Shown here piece after piece: positions 11,129 through 19,349 of a stretch of 32,000 bases of DNA. Source of the DNA: Acidihalobacter sp. (GTDB lineage Bacteria > Pseudomonadota > Gammaproteobacteria > DSM-5130 > Acidihalobacteraceae). Both the position numbers and the translations under genes were made by a program. The notes under the pieces are model-generated. The model searched no databases. It saw only the letters and a program-made list of their open reading frames with translations, and was not told the DNA's origin. Location: contig NZ_JARRQY010000017.1 of NCBI RefSeq assembly GCF_037381185.1, positions 18,063-50,062 of the forward strand, given 5' to 3'. The stretch's first letter is position 1. Every line of letters begins with the position of its first letter.

Positions 11129-11863
11129 GTGCGACACGAGAGCATCGAAACCAACGCGGGCTTGCTGATCATCCTGACGCTGGTGGTGATCGCCATCGGT
11201 GGTCTGGTCGAAATCGTCCCGCTGTTCTATATCAAGGGCACGGTCGAACCGGCGCAGGGCGTGCATCCGTATACGCCGCTGGAGTTGCGCGGGCGCGACA
11301 TCTATCAGCGCGAGGGCTGCTTCTATTGTCATTCGCAGATGGTGCGCCCGTTCCGCGACGAGGCCTTGCGCTACGGTCACTATTCGCTGGCCGCCGAGTC
11401 CGAATACGATCATCCCTTCCTGTGGGGCTCCAAGCGCACCGGCCCCGACCTGGCCCGGGTCGGCGGCAAGTATTCCAATGCGTGGCTGGTACAGCACATG
11501 ATCGACCCGCGTCTGGTCGTGGCCGAATCGATCATGCCGGGCTACCCCTGGCTGATGAGTCGTCCCCTGGACGACACGCGCATTGCTGAGCGAATGCGTG
11601 CGCTCAAGGACGTGGGAGTTCCCTATTCGGACACGCAGGCCGAGTACGAGGCCAACGTCAAGCGTTTCGGTCCGCAGATGGCGCAGATGCTCGACATCCG
11701 TCACGCCAAGGCCAATCTGCTGCGCCAGGCCGCGCAGGGCGACTATGACGGCGATCCCGCGCACCTGACGGAGATGGACGCGCTGGTGGCCTATCTGCAG
11801 GCGCTGGGCAATCAGGTCGATTTCAAGAAATACGGTGAGGGTTACTTCGTCCGCTTCCGTTGA
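11129..11863 (+). CDS. ccoO: cbb3-type cytochrome c oxidase subunit II (monoheme)
   Basis: GTG start with a GAGGAGGGG SD. It has an N-terminal TM helix and a single CxxCH (CFYCHSQMVRP). Confidence 0.95.
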   Translation: MRHESIETNAGLLIILTLVVIAIGGLVEIVPLFYIKGTVEPAQGVHPYTPLELRGRDIYQREGCFYCHSQMVRPFRDEALRYGHYSLAAESEYDHPFLWGSKRTGPDLARVGGKYSNAWLVQHMIDPRLVVAESIMPGYPWLMSRPLDDTRIAERMRALKDVGVPYSDTQAEYEANVKRFGPQMAQMLDIRHAKANLLRQAAQGDYDGDPAHLTEMDALVAYLQALGNQVDFKKYGEGYFVRFR

Positions 11864-11883
11864 GCGGCGATGGGGAGGGTTCG

Positions 11884-12093
11884 ATGCTCGAGGTGTGGAA
11901 CTGGTTCATTGCGCTCGCGAGCCACAAGGCGACGCTATTGGCGCTGCTGTTTCCGCTGTTCATCGGCATCGTGATCTACACCTATGCCGGCCGGCGACGC
12001 TCACGGCGGCTGGAATCCTACCGCTACATGCCTTTCGAGGACGAAGATGGGGCGCCGCCGCCGCGCGGCGACGAGGACGGTAAAAAGGAATGA
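11884..12093 (+). CDS. ccoQ: cbb3-type cytochrome oxidase small subunit CcoQ/FixQ
   Basis: 69 aa from ATG 11884, with a GGGGAGGG SD upstream. It has one TM helix followed by an acidic tail (MPFEDEDG). The position between ccoO and ccoP fits. The stop overlaps the ccoP ATG (ATGA). Confidence 0.8.
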   Translation: MLEVWNWFIALASHKATLLALLFPLFIGIVIYTYAGRRRSRRLESYRYMPFEDEDGAPPPRGDEDGKKE

Positions 12094-13022
12094 GCGATTC
12101 GCAAGAGGACGTCCGCAAGAGGGGGGTGGAGACCACCGGTCACGTGTGGGACGGCGACCTGCGCGAATACAACAACCCGCTGCCGCGCTGGTGGGTGTGG
12201 GCCTTCTACGGCACGGTGGTGTTTGCGGTCGTGTACTGGTTTTTGTATCCGGCCTGGCCGGTCGGGGACACGTATACCAAGGGGATGGTCACGCAGAGCT
12301 ACGAAAAGGCCGACGGCGAACGGGTTACAGTCCCCTGGAACTCGCGTGCCGCCTTTGTGCACGACATGCAGTCGGGCCCCGAGGCGCGCAAGCAGCGGGT
12401 TTGGCTGGAGCGCGCGTCCAAGGCCAGCATGGCGCAACTGGAGAGCGAACCGCAGTTGCTGGATTTCACTATGAAGATCGGTCGCCAGCTGTTCGGGGAC
12501 AACTGCGCGGGTTGTCATGGCGCCGGCGGGCAGGGAGTGGTCGGCCTGTATCCGAGCCTGAGCGACGACGTCACGCTGTGGGGCGGCACGCTGGCTGACA
12601 TCCGCGATTCCATCGCCCGCGGTCGGCACGGCTTCATGCCGGGCTTCGAGGGAGCGCTCGACGACACCCAGCTCAAGGATGTCGCCGAATTCGTGCTGAG
12701 TCTGTCCGGTGTGCAGGGCGGCGATGCGCAGGCCGTGCAGCGAGGCGCGCGGATTTTCCGCGGCACGGCCGGAGGTTGCTTCTATTGCCATACCTCAGCG
12801 GGGACCGGCAATCCGCGCATGGGCGCGCCGAATCTGGCCGACAAGGTCTGGGCCATTGCCGACGTGTCGGGTGCCGGCCGCTACGGCGCCAAGGTGGCCG
12901 CGGTCGAGAAGGTCGTGCGCGGTGGCGTGCATCGCGATATGCCGGCCTGGAACGGGCGTCTGAGCGCCACAGAGATCAAGCTCCTGGCGGTTTACGTGCA
13001 CGAACTCGGCGTTGCCAGGTGA
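12090..13022 (+). CDS. ccoP: cbb3-type cytochrome c oxidase subunit III (diheme)
   Basis: 310 aa. It has the N-terminal YNNPLPRWWVW motif plus a TM helix, and two CxxCH motifs (CAGCHG, CFYCHT). Confidence 0.95.
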   Translation: MSDSQEDVRKRGVETTGHVWDGDLREYNNPLPRWWVWAFYGTVVFAVVYWFLYPAWPVGDTYTKGMVTQSYEKADGERVTVPWNSRAAFVHDMQSGPEARKQRVWLERASKASMAQLESEPQLLDFTMKIGRQLFGDNCAGCHGAGGQGVVGLYPSLSDDVTLWGGTLADIRDSIARGRHGFMPGFEGALDDTQLKDVAEFVLSLSGVQGGDAQAVQRGARIFRGTAGGCFYCHTSAGTGNPRMGAPNLADKVWAIADVSGAGRYGAKVAAVEKVVRGGVHRDMPAWNGRLSATEIKLLAVYVHELGVAR

Positions 13023-13072
13023 TCGCCGGCGGTGCAAGGTGTACGGTCCGCCTGTGAGTATTCGGGTACAGG

Positions 13073-14482
13073 ATGACTGAATCTCCGGTGCAGCTCTATC
13101 GGGCGCGGACCGCGATCCACCCGCGCTCGGTTTCCGGCCGTTTCCGCAACGCCAAGTACGCGGTGCTGGCGCTCGCCTACGGCGTGTTCTTTCTGCTGCC
13201 CTGGCTGCGCTGGTCGCGCGATGTCGGTCCGCAGCAGGCCTTGCTGTTCGATCTCCCCGCGCGGCGCTTCTACGTGTTCGATCTCGTGGTGCATCCGCAG
13301 GAGATTTTCTGGCTCGCCGGTCTGTTGGTGATCGCCGCGCTGCTGCTGTTCTTCGTCACCGGCGTCGCCGGCCGCGTGTGGTGCGGCTATTTCTGCTTCC
13401 AGACCCTGTGGACCGATGTTTACATGCTCATCGAGCGCCTGGTGCAGGGCGAGCAGCCGGCGCGCATCCGCCTGGCCAAGGCTCCCTGGGGTATGGCCAA
13501 GCTGTTCAAGCTGGCGCTGACCCATGTGCTGTGGCTGGCGGTGGCCTTTGCCACCGGTCTGACCTTCACGCTGTACTGGGCGGACGCGCCGGCGCTGGTG
13601 GGGCATTTCTTCACGGGGCAGGCGCCGTTCCCGGCGTATGCGACCACGCTGCTGCTGACCGTTACCACCTATGTGTTTGCCGGTCTGGCGCGCGAGCAGG
13701 TGTGCACCTACATGTGTCCCTACGCGCGGTTCCAGAGCGTGATGTTCGATCGCGACACGCTGATCGTCTCCTACGACCGCGCCCGCGGCGAAGGCGCCAA
13801 TGGGCGCTACAAACCCGACCGTGAACTCAAGGAGCGCGAGACGCGCCAGGCCGCCGGCCACGGTGACTGCATCGATTGCGGCTACTGCGTTCAGGTCTGC
13901 CCGACCGGCGTCGACATCCGTGAGGGGTTGCAGGTGGAGTGCATCCATTGCGCGCTGTGCGTTGACGCCTGCGACGGCATCATGGACACGCTCGGCTGGC
14001 CGCGCGGGCTGGTGCGCTATACCTCCCAGAATGCGCTCGAAGGACGCCGCACGCGCCTGCTCAAGCCCAAGACGCTGGGATATGGCGTGGTCCTGCTGAT
14101 CGCGACAGCTCTGCTGATCGGCAGCGTGGCGGGACATCCGGACATCGACGTCAGCGTGCGTCAGACGCGCAATCCGCTGAGCGTGACGCTGTCGAGCGGC
14201 GAGGTGCAGAACCGCTATACGATAAAGGTCGACAATACCTCCGGCCGACCCTTGCGGTTGCGCCTGGTGTTGGACGGCCTGCCCGGTGCGCACATGACGG
14301 TGCTGCCGAGCCCCGAACTCCACCTGCGCCCCGAGGCGCGCCGGGCGCTGTACGTGAAGGTTCGCCTGGCCCCCGAGCCAGGTCAGGCGCGGCGCCTGAA
14401 GTTCCGTTTCCGTCTGCAACCGCAGGGGCGAACGAGCGAGCCGGAGCCGGTCAGCGTGCCCAGCCAGTTCTACACGAGGTAG
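13073..14482 (+). CDS. ccoG: Cytochrome c oxidase accessory protein CcoG (polyferredoxin)
   Basis: 469 aa. It has N-terminal TM helices, two 4Fe-4S motifs (CIDCGYCVQVCP, CIHCALCVDACD) and extra Cys pairs (CGYFC, CTYMCPY). Confidence 0.93.
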   Translation: MTESPVQLYRARTAIHPRSVSGRFRNAKYAVLALAYGVFFLLPWLRWSRDVGPQQALLFDLPARRFYVFDLVVHPQEIFWLAGLLVIAALLLFFVTGVAGRVWCGYFCFQTLWTDVYMLIERLVQGEQPARIRLAKAPWGMAKLFKLALTHVLWLAVAFATGLTFTLYWADAPALVGHFFTGQAPFPAYATTLLLTVTTYVFAGLAREQVCTYMCPYARFQSVMFDRDTLIVSYDRARGEGANGRYKPDRELKERETRQAAGHGDCIDCGYCVQVCPTGVDIREGLQVECIHCALCVDACDGIMDTLGWPRGLVRYTSQNALEGRRTRLLKPKTLGYGVVLLIATALLIGSVAGHPDIDVSVRQTRNPLSVTLSSGEVQNRYTIKVDNTSGRPLRLRLVLDGLPGAHMTVLPSPELHLRPEARRALYVKVRLAPEPGQARRLKFRFRLQPQGRTSEPEPVSVPSQFYTR

Positions 14483-14489
14483 CGCAGTC

Positions 14490-15335
14490 ATGCATGGCGA
14501 GGCCGTTACCAGCGATCTGGTCCTGACGCTAGGCGGCGGCGCGCTGCTGGCCTTCGCCGCGTTCCTGCTGCTGTACCGTTTCACGCGTCTGCGCGGCAAG
14601 CAGGTTGGGCTGCTGGTGGCGCTGGGCGTCACGCTGCTGTACGCGCCGTTCGCTGCGCTGCGCTGGCAGGGACTGGACGTGCTGGCGATTCATCTGGCGC
14701 TTTATTGGGTGATCCCCTATGGCCTGGGCATCATCGCCGCGCACCGCGAGGGCCATCGCGAGTTGCACGAAGGCAAGCGTTGGTTCCAGTGGGCGCCGGC
14801 CCTCATCGTCGGGTTTCTGGGCGTGGTCGCGGTGGTCGATGCGGTGATCATCAGCTTCGCCGAAAATGGAGTGCCGCCCGAGCTGGCGGCCCGTATCCTG
14901 CCTCCGGTGGGCGGCGACGTGCGGGTGCATTCGAGCTTTCCCGGCATGGTCGCGCACGATTATCGGACGCGCACGGAGAACTATACGGCCTACCAGCGCC
15001 GAGTGCAGGCGCAGAAGGCGCTGGGCTGGCAGCTGCGCAAGGGCTTCATCGATCCGCCGCTGGCCGGGCGTGACGCGGTGTTCCAGGTCGAGGTGCACGA
15101 CCGTGCCGGCCGGCCGCTGGCGGACGCGACCGTCGCCGGCAGTTTCATGCGTCCGTCCAACGCTGGGGAGGATCAGCGTTTCTCCATGCGTGAGGTCAGG
15201 CCCGGGTTGTATCGTGCGGTGGTGCGGCTGCCCAAACCGGGTAACTGGGAGCTGTTGCTGGACATACGCAGCGGCAAGTCGCTCTACGAGGTGCGTGGTC
15301 TGACCCAGGCCGCCACTCCAGGGAGCGGCAACTGA
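14490..15335 (+). CDS. ccoH: FixH/CcoH family protein with an N-terminal 3-TM extension
   Basis: The C-terminal ~190 aa (KRWFQWAPALIVGFLGVV... to ...GNWELLLDIRSG) looks like a canonical FixH, with one TM helix plus a beta-rich domain. The preceding ~91 codons are in the same frame, have high GC3 and encode three more hydrophobic helices. An in-frame TTG at 14763 is a possible alternative start. Confidence 0.85.
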   Translation: MHGEAVTSDLVLTLGGGALLAFAAFLLLYRFTRLRGKQVGLLVALGVTLLYAPFAALRWQGLDVLAIHLALYWVIPYGLGIIAAHREGHRELHEGKRWFQWAPALIVGFLGVVAVVDAVIISFAENGVPPELAARILPPVGGDVRVHSSFPGMVAHDYRTRTENYTAYQRRVQAQKALGWQLRKGFIDPPLAGRDAVFQVEVHDRAGRPLADATVAGSFMRPSNAGEDQRFSMREVRPGLYRAVVRLPKPGNWELLLDIRSGKSLYEVRGLTQAATPGSGN

Positions 15336-15434
15336 TCCGCGGACGCCTTGCCACGCCGGCGGCATCGCCTTGATACTGTCCGTGTCGGCATTCGCTCATC
15401 GGTTTCGTTCAATGCTATTTCCGACTCCAGCGCC

Positions 15435-17912
15435 GTGACCGCCAGCGACCCCACTAAAGCGGACGGCGGACAGCGCTGTTTTCACTGCGGCCTGCCCGTG
15501 CCGCGAGGGCCAGCCTACGAAGTCGAGATCGATGGTGCTGCCCGCCCGATGTGCTGCCCGGGCTGCCGCGCGGTGGCGCAGGCCATCGTCGACGGTGGCC
15601 TCGAGGACTACTATCGCCACCGCACCGCGCTGCCCGATGGCCGTAGCGAGCCGCTTCCGGAAATTCTGGACGAACTGCGTCTGTACGATCGCCCCGAGGT
15701 GCAGCGCACCTTCGTGCGCGCCGGCGAGGGCGAGGTGCGGGAGGCTTCGCTGATCCTCGAGGGCATTACCTGCGCCGCCTGCGTGTGGCTCAGCGAGCGC
15801 CATGTCGGCGAACTGCCGGGGGTGCTGGAGTTTCGCGTCAATTACACCACGCATCGCGCGCGACTGAAATGGGACGACTCGCGCATCTCCCTGAGCCGGG
15901 TTCTCGAGGCCATCGCCGCCATCGGCTACCGCGCGCATCCGTTTGATCCCGAGCGCCAGGAGGTGCTGCAAAAGCGCGAGCGTGCGCGGATGCTCAAGCG
16001 TCTGGCGGTGGCGGGGCTGGGCATGATGCAGGTGATGATGGTCGCGCTCGGTCTGTACATCGGGCACGGCCAGGGCATGCAGGCCGACATCCGCACTCTG
16101 CTGCGCTGGGTCGGCCTGGCCTTCGCCACGCCGGTGGTGTTCTATGCCGCGCAGCCGTTTTTCGTCTCGGCCTGGCGCGATCTGCGGCGCCGGCGCCTGG
16201 GTATGGACGTGCCGGTATCGCTGGCGGTGGGCGCGGCGTATGCGGCCAGTCTCGTGGCGACGCTGGCCGGCACCGGTGAGGTGTATTTCGATTCCGTTTC
16301 CATGTTCGTGTTCTTCCTGCTGCTGGGGCGGTTTCTGGAAATGCTGGCGCGCCATCGCGCCGGGCAGGCTGCCGAGGAGCGCGTGCGCCTGCAGCCCACC
16401 GGCGCGCGCCGGCTCGATGCCGAGGGCGTCGAGGAGTGGGTGCCGGCCGGCGAGCTGCAGCCGGGCGACCTGGTGCGGGTGCGTCCCGGCGAGACGGTGC
16501 CGGTGGATGGACGGATCGAGGGCGGTGCCAGCAGCGTGGACGAGTCGTTGCTGAGCGGCGAGTTTCAGCCGCATCGGAGGGTCGTGGGGGATGCCGTGGT
16601 CGGTGGCTCGATCAACGTGGAAAGCCCGTTGGTCGTGCGCGTGGAGCGCGTCGGCGAGGACACCGTGCTGGCTTCGATCGTGCGGCTGCTCGACCGCGCG
16701 TTGGCCGACAAACCCCGGATGGCGCAGCTGGCCGACCGGGTGGCCGGCTGGTTCGTCGGCGCCCTGCTGATCGTGGCCGCGGGCGTATTCGCGGCCTGGT
16801 GGTGGATAGATGCGTCCCGCGCGTTCTGGGTCACTCTGGCGGTGCTGGTGGTCACTTGCCCCTGTGCGCTGTCGCTGGCGATGCCGACGGCACTGGCGGC
16901 GGCAACCGGTTCGCTCACCCGTCTGGGTCTGCTGGTTACGCGCGGGCACGCGGTGGAAACGCTGGCCCGCTGTACGCATATCGCCTTCGACAAGACCGGC
17001 ACGCTGACCTGCGGCGAGCCGGAGCTGATCGAGGTGGAAGCGCTGGGCGAAAGCGATGCCGATGCCTGTCTGCGCCTGGCCGCGGCGCTGGAGCAGGCTT
17101 CCGAGCATGCGGTGGGACACGCCCTGCGGCGGGCGTGTCCGCTCGCCCCGGTGGCCGATGAGCTGCGTGCGGAGCCGGGGCTGGGCGTCGAAGGCAGGGT
17201 CGAGGGACGGCGCCTGCGCATCGGCCGGCCGGAATGGGTGCGGGGACTGGGGGGTGTGCCGCCGGCGCCGTCCTCGTCGGCCGAGGCCGGCGACATCGAG
17301 GTGTTGCTGGCCGACGAGGACGGCATGCTGGCGCGCCTGCGCTTGCGTGATCGTCTGCGCCCCGAGGCGGCGCAGGTGGTCGCGCAACTGCGTGCGCTGG
17401 GAGTGACGCCGCTGCTGCTCAGCGGCGATGCGCCGGAGGCGACTCGTCACACCGCCGGACTGCTGGGTATCGAGGATGCTCGCGGCGGTCTGGCACCGGA
17501 GGATAAGCTCGCCGCGATCCGTGCGCTGCAGGGGCAGGGGGCCGTGGTTGCGGCGCTGGGTGACGGCGTCAACGATGCGCCGGTGCTGGCCGGGGCGCAG
17601 GTCTCGGTGGCCATGGCCGGCGGTGCGCAGCTGGCGCAGGCCGGCGCCGACATGGTGTTGCTGTCCGATCGCCTGGAACGCCTGCCGGCAGCGTTCGTGG
17701 TCGCACGTCGGACTCTTAGGATCGTGCGCCAGAACCTGTCCTGGGCGCTGTTCTACAATGTCGTCGCGGTGCCGCTGGCCGCGGCCGGCCTGGTGGCGCC
17801 ATGGATGGCCGCAATCGGCATGTCGGCGAGTTCGCTGGTGGTGGTGGTCAACGCGCTGCGCCTGCGCGACCTGCCCGGTGAGCGTGGGCGCGAGGCGGAG
17901 GTGGCAGGATGA
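15435..17912 (+). CDS. ccoI: Copper-translocating P1B-type ATPase CcoI/FixI
   Basis: It has the N-terminal CFHCGLP...CCPGC metal-binding domain, the HMA motif GITCAACV, a TM CPC motif, DKTGTLT and GDGVNDAP. The start is uncertain. The track uses TTG 15348, but 15348-15434 has poor GC3, so I prefer GTG 15435, which lies 14 codons before CxHC. Confidence 0.92.
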   Translation: MTASDPTKADGGQRCFHCGLPVPRGPAYEVEIDGAARPMCCPGCRAVAQAIVDGGLEDYYRHRTALPDGRSEPLPEILDELRLYDRPEVQRTFVRAGEGEVREASLILEGITCAACVWLSERHVGELPGVLEFRVNYTTHRARLKWDDSRISLSRVLEAIAAIGYRAHPFDPERQEVLQKRERARMLKRLAVAGLGMMQVMMVALGLYIGHGQGMQADIRTLLRWVGLAFATPVVFYAAQPFFVSAWRDLRRRRLGMDVPVSLAVGAAYAASLVATLAGTGEVYFDSVSMFVFFLLLGRFLEMLARHRAGQAAEERVRLQPTGARRLDAEGVEEWVPAGELQPGDLVRVRPGETVPVDGRIEGGASSVDESLLSGEFQPHRRVVGDAVVGGSINVESPLVVRVERVGEDTVLASIVRLLDRALADKPRMAQLADRVAGWFVGALLIVAAGVFAAWWWIDASRAFWVTLAVLVVTCPCALSLAMPTALAAATGSLTRLGLLVTRGHAVETLARCTHIAFDKTGTLTCGEPELIEVEALGESDADACLRLAAALEQASEHAVGHALRRACPLAPVADELRAEPGLGVEGRVEGRRLRIGRPEWVRGLGGVPPAPSSSAEAGDIEVLLADEDGMLARLRLRDRLRPEAAQVVAQLRALGVTPLLLSGDAPEATRHTAGLLGIEDARGGLAPEDKLAAIRALQGQGAVVAALGDGVNDAPVLAGAQVSVAMAGGAQLAQAGADMVLLSDRLERLPAAFVVARRTLRIVRQNLSWALFYNVVAVPLAAAGLVAPWMAAIGMSASSLVVVVNALRLRDLPGERGREAEVAG

Positions 17913-18139
17913 GCGTGCTCTATCTGTTGCTGCCGTTGGCGCTGCTGCTGGGGATTGTCGCCATCGTTGCATTCGTGTGGACGGTGCGTAGCGGGCAGTA
18001 CGACGATCTGGACGGGCCGCCGCAGCGCATGCTCATGGACGATGACGATCCGCGCCTGCCCGGCCGTGGGCAGGTACGCTTGAAGCGGCGACGGCCCGCC
18101 GCTAGCATCGATGACGAAAACGAGAAAGGGGGAGACTGA
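17909..18139 (+). CDS. ccoS: cbb3-type cytochrome oxidase assembly protein CcoS
   Basis: 76 aa. [37 protein letters not shown] is the typical CcoS/FixS signature. The ATG overlaps the ccoI stop (ATGA). Confidence 0.9.
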   Translation: MSVLYLLLPLALLLGIVAIVAFVWTVRSGQYDDLDGPPQRMLMDDDDPRLPGRGQVRLKRRRPAASIDDENEKGGD

Positions 18140-18231
18140 TGAATGTGCAGAACATACCTTTGATGGTGATCGCCGTGCTGGTCGTGCTGGGCTGGGCGAG
18201 TTTCCTGTCGGTACTGTTCGTCAACTGGTAG
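18139..18231 (+). CDS. Candidate 30-aa single-TM micro-protein, translationally coupled to ccoS
   Basis: ATG 18139 overlaps the ccoS TGA. The SD AAGGGGGAG (18126-18134) lies 4 nt upstream. The peptide is [30 protein letters not shown]. 24 of 29 codons end in G/C. The stop is TAG at 18229-18231, and the terminator follows about 25 nt later. Confidence 0.5.
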   Translation: MNVQNIPLMVIAVLVVLGWASFLSVLFVNW

Positions 18232-18247
18232 GCGGGGCCTTCGCGCG

Positions 18248-18294
18248 AAACAAAAAGCCGTTGCCCGCGGACACGGGCAACGGCTTTCGTTTTT
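18248..18294. terminator. Bidirectional rho-independent terminator between the cco operon (+) and rpoH (-)
   Basis: A perfect 11-bp stem pairs GCCGTTGCCCG (18257-18267) with CGGGCAACGGC (18274-18284) around a 6-nt loop. It is flanked by TTTCGTTTTT on the + strand and by AAAAA (read as TTTTTGTTTC) on the - strand. Confidence 0.85.
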
Positions 18295-18308
18295 ACTACC
18301 GGTGGTTT

Positions 18309-19169
18309 TTACGCGGCGATCGCGCCCTTGAGTTTGCGTATCGCGTTGTTCTCCAACTGGCGGATGCGCTCGGCGGAAACGCCATAGACGTCGGCCAACT
18401 CGTGCAGCGTGGCCTTGGGTTCGTTCAGCCAGCGTCGCGAGATGATATCGCGGCTGCGGTCGTCCAGCCCGGCCAGTGCTGACTTGAGCCGCGTTTCGTG
18501 GTGTTCCGCCCAGTCGTCGGCCTCCAGCTGTGCGGCCGGGTCCGGGCGCTCGTCGCTGAGATAGGCCGCAGGCGAGAAGCTGCGCTCCTCGGAATCTTCC
18601 GGTTCGGGGTCGAACGCCATGTCGTGGTTCGACAGGCGGGCCTCCATCTCCATCACTTCCTTGGGGCTGACGCCCAGGTCGTTGGCGACGGTTTCGACTT
18701 CCTCGCGGTTTAGCCAGCCCAGGCGCTTCTTGGCGCCGCGCAGATTGAAGAACAGCTTGCGCTGGGCCTTGGTCGTAGCGACCTTGACGATACGCCAATT
18801 GCGTAGGATGAACTCGTGGATTTCGGCGCGGATCCAGTGCACGGCGAAGGATACCAGACGCACGCCGACGCTGGGATCGAAGCGCTTGACCGCCTTCATC
18901 AGGCCGATGTTGCCTTCCTGGATCAGGTCGCCCAGAGGCAGGCCGTAGCCACTGTAGCCGCGCGCCACCTGCACCACGAAGCGCAGGTTGTGCAGTACGA
19001 GCTTGCGCGCCGCTTCCAAGTCGTTGTGCTCACGCAGAGAGACGGCCAGCGAGCGCTCGTCCTCGGCGGACAGCACTGGCATGCGGTAAACCGTCGAGAT
19101 GTAGCTGTCCAGACTGCCGGAGCTGATGGCCGGCAAGCTGTTCTGCGCCGCAATCAGTTGCTTGCTCAT
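18309..19169 (-). CDS. rpoH: RNA polymerase sigma-32 (heat-shock sigma factor)
   Basis: 286 aa. It carries the RpoH box (QRKLFFNLR) and sigma-70 region 2 ([38 protein letters not shown]) and region 4 motifs. A GGGAGG SD lies 10 nt before the ATG. It sits downstream of ftsYEX, as in E. coli. Confidence 0.97.
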   Translation of the reverse strand: MSKQLIAAQNSLPAISSGSLDSYISTVYRMPVLSAEDERSLAVSLREHNDLEAARKLVLHNLRFVVQVARGYSGYGLPLGDLIQEGNIGLMKAVKRFDPSVGVRLVSFAVHWIRAEIHEFILRNWRIVKVATTKAQRKLFFNLRGAKKRLGWLNREEVETVANDLGVSPKEVMEMEARLSNHDMAFDPEPEDSEERSFSPAAYLSDERPDPAAQLEADDWAEHHETRLKSALAGLDDRSRDIISRRWLNEPKATLHELADVYGVSAERIRQLENNAIRKLKGAIAA

Positions 19170-19332
19170 GTGTTCAGGTCCTCCCGATTCCAGGGCCGGG
19201 CCGATAGATGGGTCTATGCATATAGTATGTTAAATATTGCGGCATTGTTCCCGGTTTACAAGCCTCTTTGCGCAGATTTACTTTCCGCGCCAGTGCATGC
19301 CGCAATGTCTGATCTCCAATTTCAATACAAAA

Positions 19333-19341
19333 ATTATACCA
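19333..19341 (-). promoter_or_regulatory. Candidate extended -10 sigma-70 promoter for rpoH (TGgTATAAT)
   Basis: The minus strand reads TGGTATAAT, a perfect TATAAT (19338->19333) with an upstream TG. It lies immediately after the ftsX stop and about 165 nt upstream of the rpoH ATG. The -35 region is poor (GAGCCA). A second weaker candidate, TTGTAA-N17-AATATT, lies at about 19231-19259. Confidence 0.4.
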
Positions 19342-19349
19342 GATTTTGC

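Noticed and set aside
12992-14632. 546-aa minus-strand ORF antisense to ccoG
   Set aside because: This is the same shadow-ORF artefact. It has low-complexity Arg/Ala/Gln-rich composition, while the sense strand carries clear polyferredoxin motifs.
15396-17972. 858-aa stop-free ORF on the minus strand covering all of ccoI
   Set aside because: It lies antisense to a motif-rich P-type ATPase. Its composition is Arg/His/Gln/Gly/Ala-rich with no recognisable domain. In a high-GC3 gene the antisense frame rarely contains T-initial stop codons, so long shadow ORFs are expected.
19174-19245. 23-codon upstream ORF starting at the ATG inside arm 2 of the rpoH leader and stopping 5 nt before the rpoH ATG
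   Set aside because: It has no Shine-Dalgarno and sits in the tail of a long shadow frame. I have noted it but judge it unsupported as a translated uORF.
19215-19252. Possible sigma-E-type promoter (GGAACAA-N16-...) upstream of rpoH, by analogy with E. coli rpoH P3
   Set aside because: The -35-like GGAACAA is present, but the sequence at the -10 position (ATACT) does not match TCTGA/TCAAA. The support is insufficient.
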